This document shows, piece by piece, positions 26,457 to 35,206 of a stretch of 64,000 bases of DNA (position 1 is its first letter; each line of letters opens with the position of its first letter). The notes beneath the pieces were generated by a model. That model was not told where the DNA came from. It did not search any database and was given only the letters and a program-made list of their open reading frames with translations. Source of the DNA: Polyangiales bacterium (GTDB taxonomy: Bacteria > Myxococcota_A > Polyangia > Polyangiales > JADJQN01); NCBI GenBank assembly GCA_964202905.1, contig CAXNJO010000001.1, positions 256,001 through 320,000 on the forward strand, read 5' to 3'. A program made the translations under genes and the position numbers.

Positions 26457-27384
26457 TCAGTCTGCGTGACACACCGAACACGCGTGGGCCGTGCTGGTCA
26501 CCATCAGGGGATCGTTGCTCGGGTCGGCATCCTGCGAGAGCGCGACGCGCATTTCCAGATTCGTGAGGCGCTCCGCGAGCATCGCCTGATCGTTCCAGGT
26601 GTCGTAGCCCGGCGTCGTGCGCGCCGACTCGTAGAAGGCGCGCGCCGAGTCGATGTCGCCCGCGCGCGCGAAGAGATCGCCCATGAAGACCGACGAGCCC
26701 TGCACGTTGTGCACGGCCCGCGGCCCGTTGGCGCAGGCCGGGTCGCTCGAGGCCGCGCCGCAGACGCTGATGTTGCCGCGGAGCGCGTCGACGGCCTGCG
26801 CGAACGCGGGGCTGCCCACGGGCTCGTCGGCGAGCACCATCGCGAGTGAGAAGAGCACGAACTCCGGGTTCTTCTCGGCACCCTCTTCGAGGATGGTCAT
26901 GCCCTGCGCACGCACCATCTCGTTGCCCGTGAGCCGGCCCATGCGCACGAGCACCGGGCCGAGCCACGCGGCGATGCGCGAGTCGGTCGGGCACGTCTCC
27001 TGCGCGCCCTGCAGATGCGTGAGCACGCCGCCCGCGAGCATGCCCATCTGCCGCGGCATCCGCGCCCTCGGGCGCGTCGGCGAGCAGCCAGAGCTGGGCG
27101 AGGCCGAGCAGCAGCTCGAGCTCCGCCTCGTCGGGGTGCGCGGTGTGCGCCGCCTCGAGCCCGGCGATCACCGCGGGCCGCGCCGCGCGATCGTCCGCCT
27201 CGAGCGCGTTCCAGAACGCGACCGACGCCTCGTGCCCCGTCGAGAACGCGGTGCGACACGCGAGCGCATCGGCCGAGGGCCCCGGCGCCGGCTCCGGCGA
27301 TGCACACGAGGCGGAGAGCGAGGCGAGCGCGGCGAGCGCCCAGCCACGGCAGGGGTTTGGAGTCGAGTAGGTCAGTCGGGCCAT
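26457..27384 (-). CDS. Helical lipoprotein with C-terminal CxxCH motif (apparent frameshift near 27055)
   Basis: The N-part (signal + LSAS-C...LLLGLAQLWLLAD) and the C-part (QMGMLAGG...AHACSVCHAD*) are in different frames. Confidence 0.65.
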
Positions 27385-27550
27385 CGGGCAAGACCGTACC
27401 GAGGCATACCGCCCAAGTAAGTGCGCATCCGCACGAGGGTGCGGCAGCCGGCCGCGGCCGGGGACGCCTTCGGAAGAACCGACGACGCCCGCCTGTGCAT
27501 TCGTCGTTTCCATTGCGCCCACCGTCCTTCCTCCGCGATTCTCTCGCGCA

Positions 27551-28921
27551 ATGACTCAGCGATCGTCGCTCTTCCAACGCTCCGCGCGCACGCCACGCGC
27601 GTCGCTCGCGCGGCTCACGGCCTTCGTCGCGGCGCTCTTCGCGCTCACCGGGTGTGGCGACGACGACGCCACGCCTGCCGTGGACGCGGGCGCCGCGGAC
27701 CTCGGCGCCGTGGATCTCGGCGCGCCGGATCTCGGGCCGGGGCGCGCGACGGCGTGCGGATTTGCGACGTTCCCCGCGGGCGTGGGGCTGCGGCGCAAGC
27801 CGTATTTGCAGAGCACCACGCCGACCTCGGTGCGGGTCGCGTGGACGACGACGAGCGCGGCGACGGGCGCGCCGACGGTGCGTGTCGCGACCTCGCCGGA
27901 CGGGCCGTGGACGACCGTGACGGCGGCGAGCGAGCTCTTCCCCACCTCGCGCACGGGGCAGCGCGGCGGCGATTACACGGCGCACGACGCGACGCTCACG
28001 GGGCTCTCGCCGGACACCGATTATTGCTACGAGGTGCGCGCCGGCGAGACGGTGCTCGCCAGCGGGCTCGCGCTGCACACGGCGTGGACGGGCGGCACGC
28101 GGCCGCTGACGCTGCTCGCGATCGGGGACAGCGGCACGGGGCTCCCGGGGCAACGGCGATTGCGCGATGTGATGCTGCGCGAGTCCCCGGATATCTTCTT
28201 GCACCTTGGCGACGTGGCCTATGGCGAAGGCACCTGGGGGCAGCTCGACGACTACTTCTTCACGATCTACGCGGATCTGCTGCACGGCGTGCCGTCGTTC
28301 CCCACGATTGGCAACCACGAATACGAGACGGCGGCGGGGCAGCCCTATCTCGACCTGTTCTACCTCTTCGAGCAGACGCGGCGGCCCGCGGATCAGGAGC
28401 GGTATTACGCGTTCGACTACGGAGACGTGCATTTCGTCTCGCTCGACTCGAACGGCGAGATGCTCGCGACCCTCGACGACACGGCCATGGACGACATGGC
28501 CGATTGGCTCACCGACGATCTCGCCGCGTCGACGGCGACGTGGAAGATCGCGTATTTCCATCACCCGCTCTACACCTCGACGGAGCGCACGCCGAGCGCA
28601 GAGTTGCGCGCGAAGATCCAGCCGATCCTCGTCGCGGGGGGCGTCGACCTCGTGCTCGCGGGGCACGTGCACAACTACGAGCGCACGGTGCCGCTCATCG
28701 ACGGCGCGCCCGCGACGGGCACCGACGCGATCACGTACATCGTCCAGGGCGCCGGCGGCTCACCGCTCGATGCGACCTCGCCCGACGCGCTCTACGCGGC
28801 GTCGAACGGGACCGATTACACCTATCTGCGCCTCACGATCGAGGGCTGCACGGCGACGGGCGCCGCGATCGCGGACGATGGCCGCATGGTCGACAGCTTC
28901 ACGCTGGACGGCTGCGAATGA
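27551..28921 (+). CDS. Purple acid phosphatase-like metallophosphoesterase lipoprotein
   Basis: Lipobox LTG-C; FN3-like LTGLSPDTDYCYEV; GDSG, HLGDVAY, TIGNHE, FHHP, LAGHVHNYER. Confidence 0.9.
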   Translation: MTQRSSLFQRSARTPRASLARLTAFVAALFALTGCGDDDATPAVDAGAADLGAVDLGAPDLGPGRATACGFATFPAGVGLRRKPYLQSTTPTSVRVAWTTTSAATGAPTVRVATSPDGPWTTVTAASELFPTSRTGQRGGDYTAHDATLTGLSPDTDYCYEVRAGETVLASGLALHTAWTGGTRPLTLLAIGDSGTGLPGQRRLRDVMLRESPDIFLHLGDVAYGEGTWGQLDDYFFTIYADLLHGVPSFPTIGNHEYETAAGQPYLDLFYLFEQTRRPADQERYYAFDYGDVHFVSLDSNGEMLATLDDTAMDDMADWLTDDLAASTATWKIAYFHHPLYTSTERTPSAELRAKIQPILVAGGVDLVLAGHVHNYERTVPLIDGAPATGTDAITYIVQGAGGSPLDATSPDALYAASNGTDYTYLRLTIEGCTATGAAIADDGRMVDSFTLDGCE

Positions 28922-29037
28922 TGGGCATCGGCGTCGGCGAGCTGATCGTGATCGGGATGATCTGCGCCGTACTCGGCGGCGGCGTCATCGGCCTCGCAGC
29001 GGTGCTCTGGGTGGTGATGCGGAAGAAGGGTGATTGA
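28918..29037 (+). CDS. Small single-pass membrane protein
   Basis: MMGIGVGELIVIGMICAVLGGGVIGLAAVLWVVMRKKGD; ATGA overlap with the upstream stop. Confidence 0.6.
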   Translation: MMGIGVGELIVIGMICAVLGGGVIGLAAVLWVVMRKKGD

Positions 29038-29063
29038 GAAGCGTGGGTGTCGGCCGCGCCGGG

Positions 29064-30106
29064 TGAAGGGGATTCAAGCGCCATGCGCCGCGAGCAGCGG
29101 GCGCAACGCGGGATTCGGCGCGCGGTAGCTCACGACGGCGACATCGAGGCCCGCGTCCACGTGCAGGCGCAAAGCGCGGCCGAGCGCGTCGAGGATCCAC
29201 GACGCGGGGTTGCCGAAGGCGCCGCCGCCGACGAGCGTGAGCAACAACGTGCGGTTGCCGCTCTCGGCCGCCGCGAGGCGCGCGACGCAGAAGGTCGCCT
29301 CGTAGCTCGCCTGGAGGACGAGCCGCGCGAAGGGCTCCCACGCCGCAGCGGGCTCACGCGCATAGGCGACGGGGAGCGCGCTGCAATAGGCCTGCGTGAC
29401 GAGGTGACCCGCGCCCGCGTGCGTGACCTCGGTGCGGCCCTGCACGCCGATGCGGAGCGTCTCGCGGAGCGCGTCGCGGCCAGCGTCGTCGAGCGCATCG
29501 ATGTGTTTCGCGATCGCGGCGAGCCCTCCCGGGCGGGGAAGCGCATAGCCGTTCTGCATCGTGAAATGGCGACTCTTCTCGTTGCCGAGCGCCGCGCCGA
29601 GGTCCGCGAGCGCGTCGAGCTGCCGTGTCTCCGTCTGACCGACACCGTCCGGAAAGGCCGCAAAATAGTGGCGCTGAATCGTGCCGGCGCCGGCGGCGAG
29701 CGCGCAGGCGGGGCCCTGCGTGAGGTCGTGCTCGTAGCCCGCGAGGCCGTGCTCCGGCGTCACCTCGGGACTCACCATCTCGAGCAGGTTGAACTGCGAG
29801 GCGACCTGGAACGTGGCGCCGGCGTGCGCGGGCTCGGCGTGGAGGGCGCGCGAGTCGCCGACGCGCTCACGCAGCGTGGTGCGCCCGCCGGGGGCGAGGC
29901 CCGCGACGCGGCGGCGCAGCGCGCCGAGCGAGGGGAGCTCGAGCGTGCCGCACTCCCACGAGCGCCCGTCGTGTCGGTGGCGCAGGCGCGTACCGACGAC
30001 CTCGAGTGACGCACGCACCTCGTCGGCGCTGCCCTCGCGCACACCGGTCAACCGCTCGACCCAGCTCATGATGTGGATTCCTTCGTTCAGAGATGAAGGG
30101 GATTCA
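29064..30106. repeat. Exact 13-bp direct repeat TGAAGGGGATTCA at 29064-29076 and 30094-30106
   Basis: Two identical copies bracket a single gene; the left copy contains that gene's stop codon. Confidence 0.7.
29074..30069 (-). CDS. Hypothetical protein, possible macrodomain/PARG-like fold
   Basis: FQVASQFNLLEM...YEHDLTQGPACA and C-terminal LTLVGGGAFGN, resembling the macrodomain pyrophosphate-binding loop. Confidence 0.6.
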   Translation of the reverse strand: MSWVERLTGVREGSADEVRASLEVVGTRLRHRHDGRSWECGTLELPSLGALRRRVAGLAPGGRTTLRERVGDSRALHAEPAHAGATFQVASQFNLLEMVSPEVTPEHGLAGYEHDLTQGPACALAAGAGTIQRHYFAAFPDGVGQTETRQLDALADLGAALGNEKSRHFTMQNGYALPRPGGLAAIAKHIDALDDAGRDALRETLRIGVQGRTEVTHAGAGHLVTQAYCSALPVAYAREPAAAWEPFARLVLQASYEATFCVARLAAAESGNRTLLLTLVGGGAFGNPASWILDALGRALRLHVDAGLDVAVVSYRAPNPALRPLLAAHGA

Positions 30107-30168
30107 CTGGATGCGAGAGTCGGAGTCGCGAACCCGAGAAGAACCCGAAGATCCAGGTCGATGCGGGC

Positions 30169-31812
30169 TCAGCGTCCGGCGATCCGCTCCTCCGACAGCC
30201 AGTGCAGATAGGATTCGAGGTTCGTATAACCCTCCACGCCCGTCTCGGCGCGGGAGAGATTCGTGCGGTTTCCGTCGGCGGGGTCGGCCGGATCGAGGCC
30301 GCGCGCGGACTCCCACGCATCGGGCATTCCGTCTCCGTCGGTGTCGGGGAGCCTCGAAGCCGTCATCGGCGCGCCGAAGAGATCACCGGCCGGATTGCCG
30401 ACCACGAGATCGCCATCGCCGTTGACGACCATCTCGCGGCCGTCGATCACGCGATCACGCACATAGCCCGTCATGCGCTGGTCGAAGCGGTCGCGCGGAA
30501 ACGCGCCCACGAGGCGCGCCGTCGCATCGAGCAGCGCGTCGCCCGAGGGCGTGTAGGTGATCGGCGGAAAGGGATGCCGCTCGCTGCGCGCCCACGGGGG
30601 CGGCGCGGCGGCCCACGGCGTGCCGCCCGTCGCGAGCGCGTCGGCGAAGTCGTTGTTGTTGTAGACGAGCGCCCAGTCACGCGCGCTCACGCCGCGCATC
30701 GTGGTGTCGGCGAGGTACATCGCGCTGCCGGCGAGGAGATCGGGGGGCGGCTCGATCGCGAGAAATCCAAAGGTGAGCGCGTCGGCCGGATCGTCGGCCA
30801 CGTGGTTGCCGACGAGGTTGAGCAGCCATGGCAGCGGCTCGTCGAAGCCGGGCGCCACGGACGTGATGTAGAGCGGCGCGCGCGTGCCCCAGAGCACGTT
30901 GTTGGAGAGTTCGATCCGCGCGGGCTCCGTATCCAGAACGTTCTCGCGGTTGATCTCCGGATAGCGCCCCGCGATGCGCACCCAGAGATTGTGGTGAATC
31001 GAGAGATCCGTCTGCGGGAATCCGCGCGCGGCGTCGGAGTAGTTGATCAGCATCCCGCCATAGCGACCGTGAGAACCGATCGTCTCTCCCAGGATCGTGT
31101 GCTGAAGGGTGATCGCGCGGGAGAAGCTCATTTGCACGGCTTCGTCGGCGGCGTTGCCGATCGAGACGTGGTCGACGATGCCGCGCACCGCGTGGTGGAA
31201 GCGCAGTGCGTCGCCGCCGCCGTCGCCATCGTCGTTCAGGGTGCGGATGCGGACGTGGCGGACGACGAAGTTCGCGGGGTGGCGTGACGGATTCGGGCAG
31301 CCGGAGGCCGCGTCCCCCTCGCAGACGACGTCGCCCTGCAACATCAGGCCGCCGATCGAGATGCCGCCCGGGGCCGTCTGACCGGCGATCGTGAAGTCAC
31401 CCGTCTCGGCGACGATCACGTCCGGGATGTGGCCGCCGACGTCGAAGACGATCGTGCGCGGGCCGGGCGCGTCGACGGCCTCCTGGAGCGAGCCGGGGCC
31501 ACCCGCTGCGAGCGAGGTGACGTGGATCACGCGGCCGCCACGACCGCCGTGCGCGAAGGCCCCGAAGCCCTCCGCACCGGGAAAAGCGGGGAGCGAGTCG
31601 GGAGCCCCACCACCGTCGTTCGCGCCTGCGTCGGTGGGCGGCGCGCTGCCGTCGCCGACCTCCGCGTCTCGCGGCGCGCTGGCGTCCACGCCCGCGTCGA
31701 CGGGCAGCGGGCCGCTGTCACGCCCCCCGTCACGCGGCGACGCCCCGCCATCCCCCCCGCACGCCACCAGCACGAGCGCCCCCGCACCTGCAAGCCAATG
31801 TCGACGCCGCAT
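30169..31812 (-). CDS. Pectate lyase-like (polysaccharide lyase family 1-type) lipoprotein
   Basis: Lipobox LVA-C; PAFPGAEGFG..A.GGRGGRVIHVTSL..GPGSL; TIAGQTAPGGI; VDHVS; C-terminal DTDGDGMPDAWE...GYTNLESYL. Confidence 0.85.
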   Translation of the reverse strand: MRRRHWLAGAGALVLVACGGDGGASPRDGGRDSGPLPVDAGVDASAPRDAEVGDGSAPPTDAGANDGGGAPDSLPAFPGAEGFGAFAHGGRGGRVIHVTSLAAGGPGSLQEAVDAPGPRTIVFDVGGHIPDVIVAETGDFTIAGQTAPGGISIGGLMLQGDVVCEGDAASGCPNPSRHPANFVVRHVRIRTLNDDGDGGGDALRFHHAVRGIVDHVSIGNAADEAVQMSFSRAITLQHTILGETIGSHGRYGGMLINYSDAARGFPQTDLSIHHNLWVRIAGRYPEINRENVLDTEPARIELSNNVLWGTRAPLYITSVAPGFDEPLPWLLNLVGNHVADDPADALTFGFLAIEPPPDLLAGSAMYLADTTMRGVSARDWALVYNNNDFADALATGGTPWAAAPPPWARSERHPFPPITYTPSGDALLDATARLVGAFPRDRFDQRMTGYVRDRVIDGREMVVNGDGDLVVGNPAGDLFGAPMTASRLPDTDGDGMPDAWESARGLDPADPADGNRTNLSRAETGVEGYTNLESYLHWLSEERIAGR

Positions 31813-31970
31813 CGCCCCTCCTCCGCGGACTCCCACCGCGCGAGCGCCGAGGCTACCACCGCGCGCGTGCCCGACGGCCCTGCACGCCGGCCGCGCGGCC
31901 GAGCGCCGTCCCCGAAATGTCATCGTGCTGTAAGCAGAGTGTCCGCAGGCTTGATGCGGAGGTCCCCCCG

Positions 31971-32660
31971 ATGCCGACGGTCCGCGCGCTCGCTCCGCTT
32001 CCGGTCTTCGCGCTGCTCGCGCTCGCCGCGTGCACGCCGTCGCGCAGCACGCGACCGCGCGGGTCGCCGCCGCCCGACGCGGCGGATGCCGGCGAGGTCG
32101 ATCTCGGGACGCCCGGCGACGATGCGGGCGAACCTCCGCCACCGCCGCCGCCGCCGCCCGTGGATGCGGGGGCCCCGGATCTCGGCGCGCCGGCGCCGAC
32201 GGGGCTCGACTGCGAGCGCGACGACCTGCACCGCTACGCGTGCTGCGTCGTCGATGCGGTGAACGCCTACCGCGCCGAGACGGATCCGACGCTCGCGCCC
32301 TACGTGCCGGATCCCGCGCTCGCCGCCGTGGGCTTCTCGTACGCGGGCTACATGGCGGAGCGGCGCGTGTTCGCGCACTCGGCCGACGGGCTCAGCTTCG
32401 GCGCGCGGCTCGACGGCGCGGGCGTGCGCTGGGCGAGCGCGGGTGAGAACCTGCAGCGCAACACGCTGCCCGACTGGCGTGCGGCCTGCGCCGAGACGGT
32501 GCGCGGCGCGGGCGGCTGGGCGCGCTCGGCGAGCGGACACCGCGAGGCGATGCTGGGCATGGACGCGCGCGGGACGCCGAAGGGCTGGACGCACGCGGGC
32601 GCCGGCGTCGCGCGGCGCGGCAGCGAGTGGTACGTCGCGATGTACTTCGTGCGGTATTGA
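31971..32660 (+). CDS. CAP/SCP domain lipoprotein
   Basis: GGAGG RBS; lipobox LAA-C; VNAYRA, FAHS, AGENL, W..S..GHREAML, AGAGV. Confidence 0.85.
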   Translation: MPTVRALAPLPVFALLALAACTPSRSTRPRGSPPPDAADAGEVDLGTPGDDAGEPPPPPPPPPVDAGAPDLGAPAPTGLDCERDDLHRYACCVVDAVNAYRAETDPTLAPYVPDPALAAVGFSYAGYMAERRVFAHSADGLSFGARLDGAGVRWASAGENLQRNTLPDWRAACAETVRGAGGWARSASGHREAMLGMDARGTPKGWTHAGAGVARRGSEWYVAMYFVRY

Positions 32661-32704
32661 GAGAGCGACGCGCACGGCGCGGAGATGGAAGTCGGCGTCC
32701 TGCG

Positions 32705-34183
32705 TCAAGGCGGTGGAGGAGGCAGGGCGCGCCCCCGTCGCAGGATCGCGATGCGCGCGATGGCGTCGGGCTCGCCGGTCGCGAGCGCCCGCGCGATGCG
32801 CGCCCGGGCGGCGTCGAGATCGCCGCGGAGCGTCTCGCCCTCGGCGACGCGCACCTGCCAGAGGCCGGGGCTCGCGAGCGGGCGCGCGAGGTGCCGCGCG
32901 GAGAGCGCGAGGCATGCGAGCGCGACGAGCGCGACGAGGGCGCGGCGATGGGGCGCGTACGCCGCGAGGGCGAGCACGGCGTGCGCGGAGAGCAGCACGA
33001 GCGGAACCGTCATCGAGAGGCGGTAGCGCGTGCTCGGGTGAAAGAGCGTCGTGACGAGCACCACGCCGAGGAGCAGCGGCAGATAGGGGGCGAGCCCGCG
33101 CAGGCCGTCGCGGCGAAGGACCACGACCGCGCCGAGGGCGCCGAGAAGGAGCAGCACGCCCATCGACACGGGAAGGACCGCGAGCGCGCGGAGTTCCGAG
33201 CGCTCGCCGTAGAAGCCGTAATCGAAGCTCGTCTCGACGTCCGAGAAGGTCCGCGCGAGCTTCGACGGGGCCGCGGCGAGCCACCCTCCGACGTCGATCG
33301 AGGGAAGCGCAGGCGTCTGCGCGGGGGCCGCGAGCGCGCGCTCGGCCTGCGCGACGACGTCCCACGCGCTCGGAGGCGCGCCATCCGTGCCGAAGAAGGC
33401 GAGGGATCCCGTCCAGTCGCCGTGGGAGGAGGCACGACTCGCGGTCTGCGAAGTGAGAATCACCGGCACGAAGCGACCGACGTGGACGAGATTCCAGAGC
33501 CCGTTCGCACCGAGCACGAGGGCGATCCCCGCGACCACGCACGCGGTGCGAACGGTGCGCGCGCGCAGGGTCTCCGCGCCGAGTCGGAGCGCAGCGACCG
33601 CGACGAAGAAAGGCAGCGCAAAGAGGAGGTTCGCGCGGGTGAGCGTCGCGAGCCCGAGCGCGCTCCCGACACCCAGGGCGACGTGCGGCGCCCCCTTCAG
33701 CGAGCGGGGATCACTCGCCAGCCAGGTGGCGAGCACCACGAGGAAGAGCCCGAGCGTCTCGGACATGAGCTTCGTCTCGTAAAACAGCGGGACCGCGTCA
33801 CCGAGCCAGAGCGCGAGGGCCGCGACGCCCCCCGCTGCGCGGCCCGTGACGCGCGTCGCGGTGCGCTCCACGAGCCAGGCGGTGACGAGGCCGAGAACCA
33901 GCTGAACCTCCGCCGCGCGCGGGCCGACGAGCGCGAGCAGCCAGCCGTAGGCGGGACCGAACGCCACCAGCGTCGCATCCGAGAAGTGCCCGGCCCGCAA
34001 GGCATCGGCCTGTCGGAGGTACACCGCGGAGTCGTAGAGGGGCGCCTCGATGAAGGGGAGCGCGTCGGATTCGAGCCGATAGGCCAGACGGAGCACGCCG
34101 CCGAGCGCGAGGAGCAGCCAGCGGGCACGCAGCCAGACCACGTCGTGGGCGGCCGAAGACGCAGCGTGGGCGGCCGAAGACAC
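32705..34183 (-). CDS. Polytopic membrane glycosyltransferase-like protein (ArnT/PMT-type, GT-C)
   Basis: Many TM helices; PLYDSAVY loop; LMSETLGLFL; LATLTRAN; STRYRL; TACGAT -10-like box 6 nt before GTG 34183. Confidence 0.7.
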   Translation of the reverse strand: MSSAAHAASSAAHDVVWLRARWLLLALGGVLRLAYRLESDALPFIEAPLYDSAVYLRQADALRAGHFSDATLVAFGPAYGWLLALVGPRAAEVQLVLGLVTAWLVERTATRVTGRAAGGVAALALWLGDAVPLFYETKLMSETLGLFLVVLATWLASDPRSLKGAPHVALGVGSALGLATLTRANLLFALPFFVAVAALRLGAETLRARTVRTACVVAGIALVLGANGLWNLVHVGRFVPVILTSQTASRASSHGDWTGSLAFFGTDGAPPSAWDVVAQAERALAAPAQTPALPSIDVGGWLAAAPSKLARTFSDVETSFDYGFYGERSELRALAVLPVSMGVLLLLGALGAVVVLRRDGLRGLAPYLPLLLGVVLVTTLFHPSTRYRLSMTVPLVLLSAHAVLALAAYAPHRRALVALVALACLALSARHLARPLASPGLWQVRVAEGETLRGDLDAARARIARALATGEPDAIARIAILRRGRALPPPPP

Positions 34184-34326
34184 AGCGGGATCGTACCGCA
34201 ACGGCTCCGCGTGAACGCCCCTTCATCGGGGCACGGCACGGCAACCCACGACGGGCACTCGTCAGCGGCCCGCAGCCCCGCGACCCGGACCGCTGCACGC
34301 GTGTCCGCGGCGCTCACCCTGCCGCG

Positions 34327-35127
34327 CTACGGCAGCAGGCCGAGCTCGGCGTCGCCCGCGGCCGGTCCGTATTTCTCACGCGGGGGCCACGGGCGCGTGC
34401 GCCAGTGCGGCTCGAACTCGAAGGACGAGCGCGTGCGGCCGGGCAGCAGCTGGCCGTTGCCCGCGCCCATCGCGTAGTCGTAATAGAGCTTCACGATCTC
34501 CTCGCGCGTCACCTGCTGCGCGGCCGGATGCGCGAGGCACGCGTCCCGCCAACGCGCGACGCGCGCGAAACGCGGCTCGTCGGGCAGCGCGAAACCCTCG
34601 TAATACTCGAGGAACCAGAAGCGCATGAACATCGGTGTGTAGACGGCCTCCGCGTAGCCGAACGCCTCGAAGAGGAAGTCGCGGTCCGGCGCGTGGAAGG
34701 TGAGGAAGGCGTCGAGCGCCGCGTATTGCGTGAGCAGCCGCTCACGGAGCGCGTCGCGCTGCGTCGCGTCGCGGTTGAGCACGAGCGCGTAGCCCGCGGA
34801 GACGAACGCCCCCTCGCGCGCGACGAGCATGTTCTCGACGGCGCGCGGCCACAGGTCGCGGGCGAACACGGCGGGCTCGGGGAAGCGCTCCTCGAAGTAG
34901 CGCAGGATGACGAGGCTCTCGTGGAGGACGCGGCCATCCTCGAGCTCGAGCACGGGCAGCGCCGTCGAGCCGCGCGTCTTCGCGAGCAGCTCGGGGGCGC
35001 GCGGCTTCGTGATGTCGACCGCGCGAAACGCGACGGCCGAGGTCATGTCCTTCAGCGCGAGCAGGATCTCGACGCGCTGGGAAAAAGGGCAGACGGGGAT
35101 GTGGAAGAGCGTCGGGCGCGCGGTCAT
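34327..35127 (-). CDS. Glutathione S-transferase family protein (omega-like, CPF motif)
   Basis: HIPVCPFSQRV, LPVLE, LHESLVILRYFEE; helical C-terminal domain. Confidence 0.88.
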   Translation of the reverse strand: MTARPTLFHIPVCPFSQRVEILLALKDMTSAVAFRAVDITKPRAPELLAKTRGSTALPVLELEDGRVLHESLVILRYFEERFPEPAVFARDLWPRAVENMLVAREGAFVSAGYALVLNRDATQRDALRERLLTQYAALDAFLTFHAPDRDFLFEAFGYAEAVYTPMFMRFWFLEYYEGFALPDEPRFARVARWRDACLAHPAAQQVTREEIVKLYYDYAMGAGNGQLLPGRTRSSFEFEPHWRTRPWPPREKYGPAAGDAELGLLP

Positions 35128-35206
35128 GCGGCCGCGAGCGTAGCGCAGACGCTGCCGCCTGCGCGGCGGGCGCAAGAGACGGGCGCGCGCGTGCTAGCTT
35201 CGCCCG

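Noticed and set aside
27387..27401. Sigma-54-like box CGGTACGGTCTTGCC upstream of the CxxCH lipoprotein
   Set aside because: The GG-to-GC spacing is 9 rather than the required 10 nt.
34141..34182. 21-bp tandem duplication at the 5' end of the GT-C gene
   Set aside because: It is an in-frame SSAAH(A/D) duplication in a low-complexity N-terminus, probably neutral slippage.
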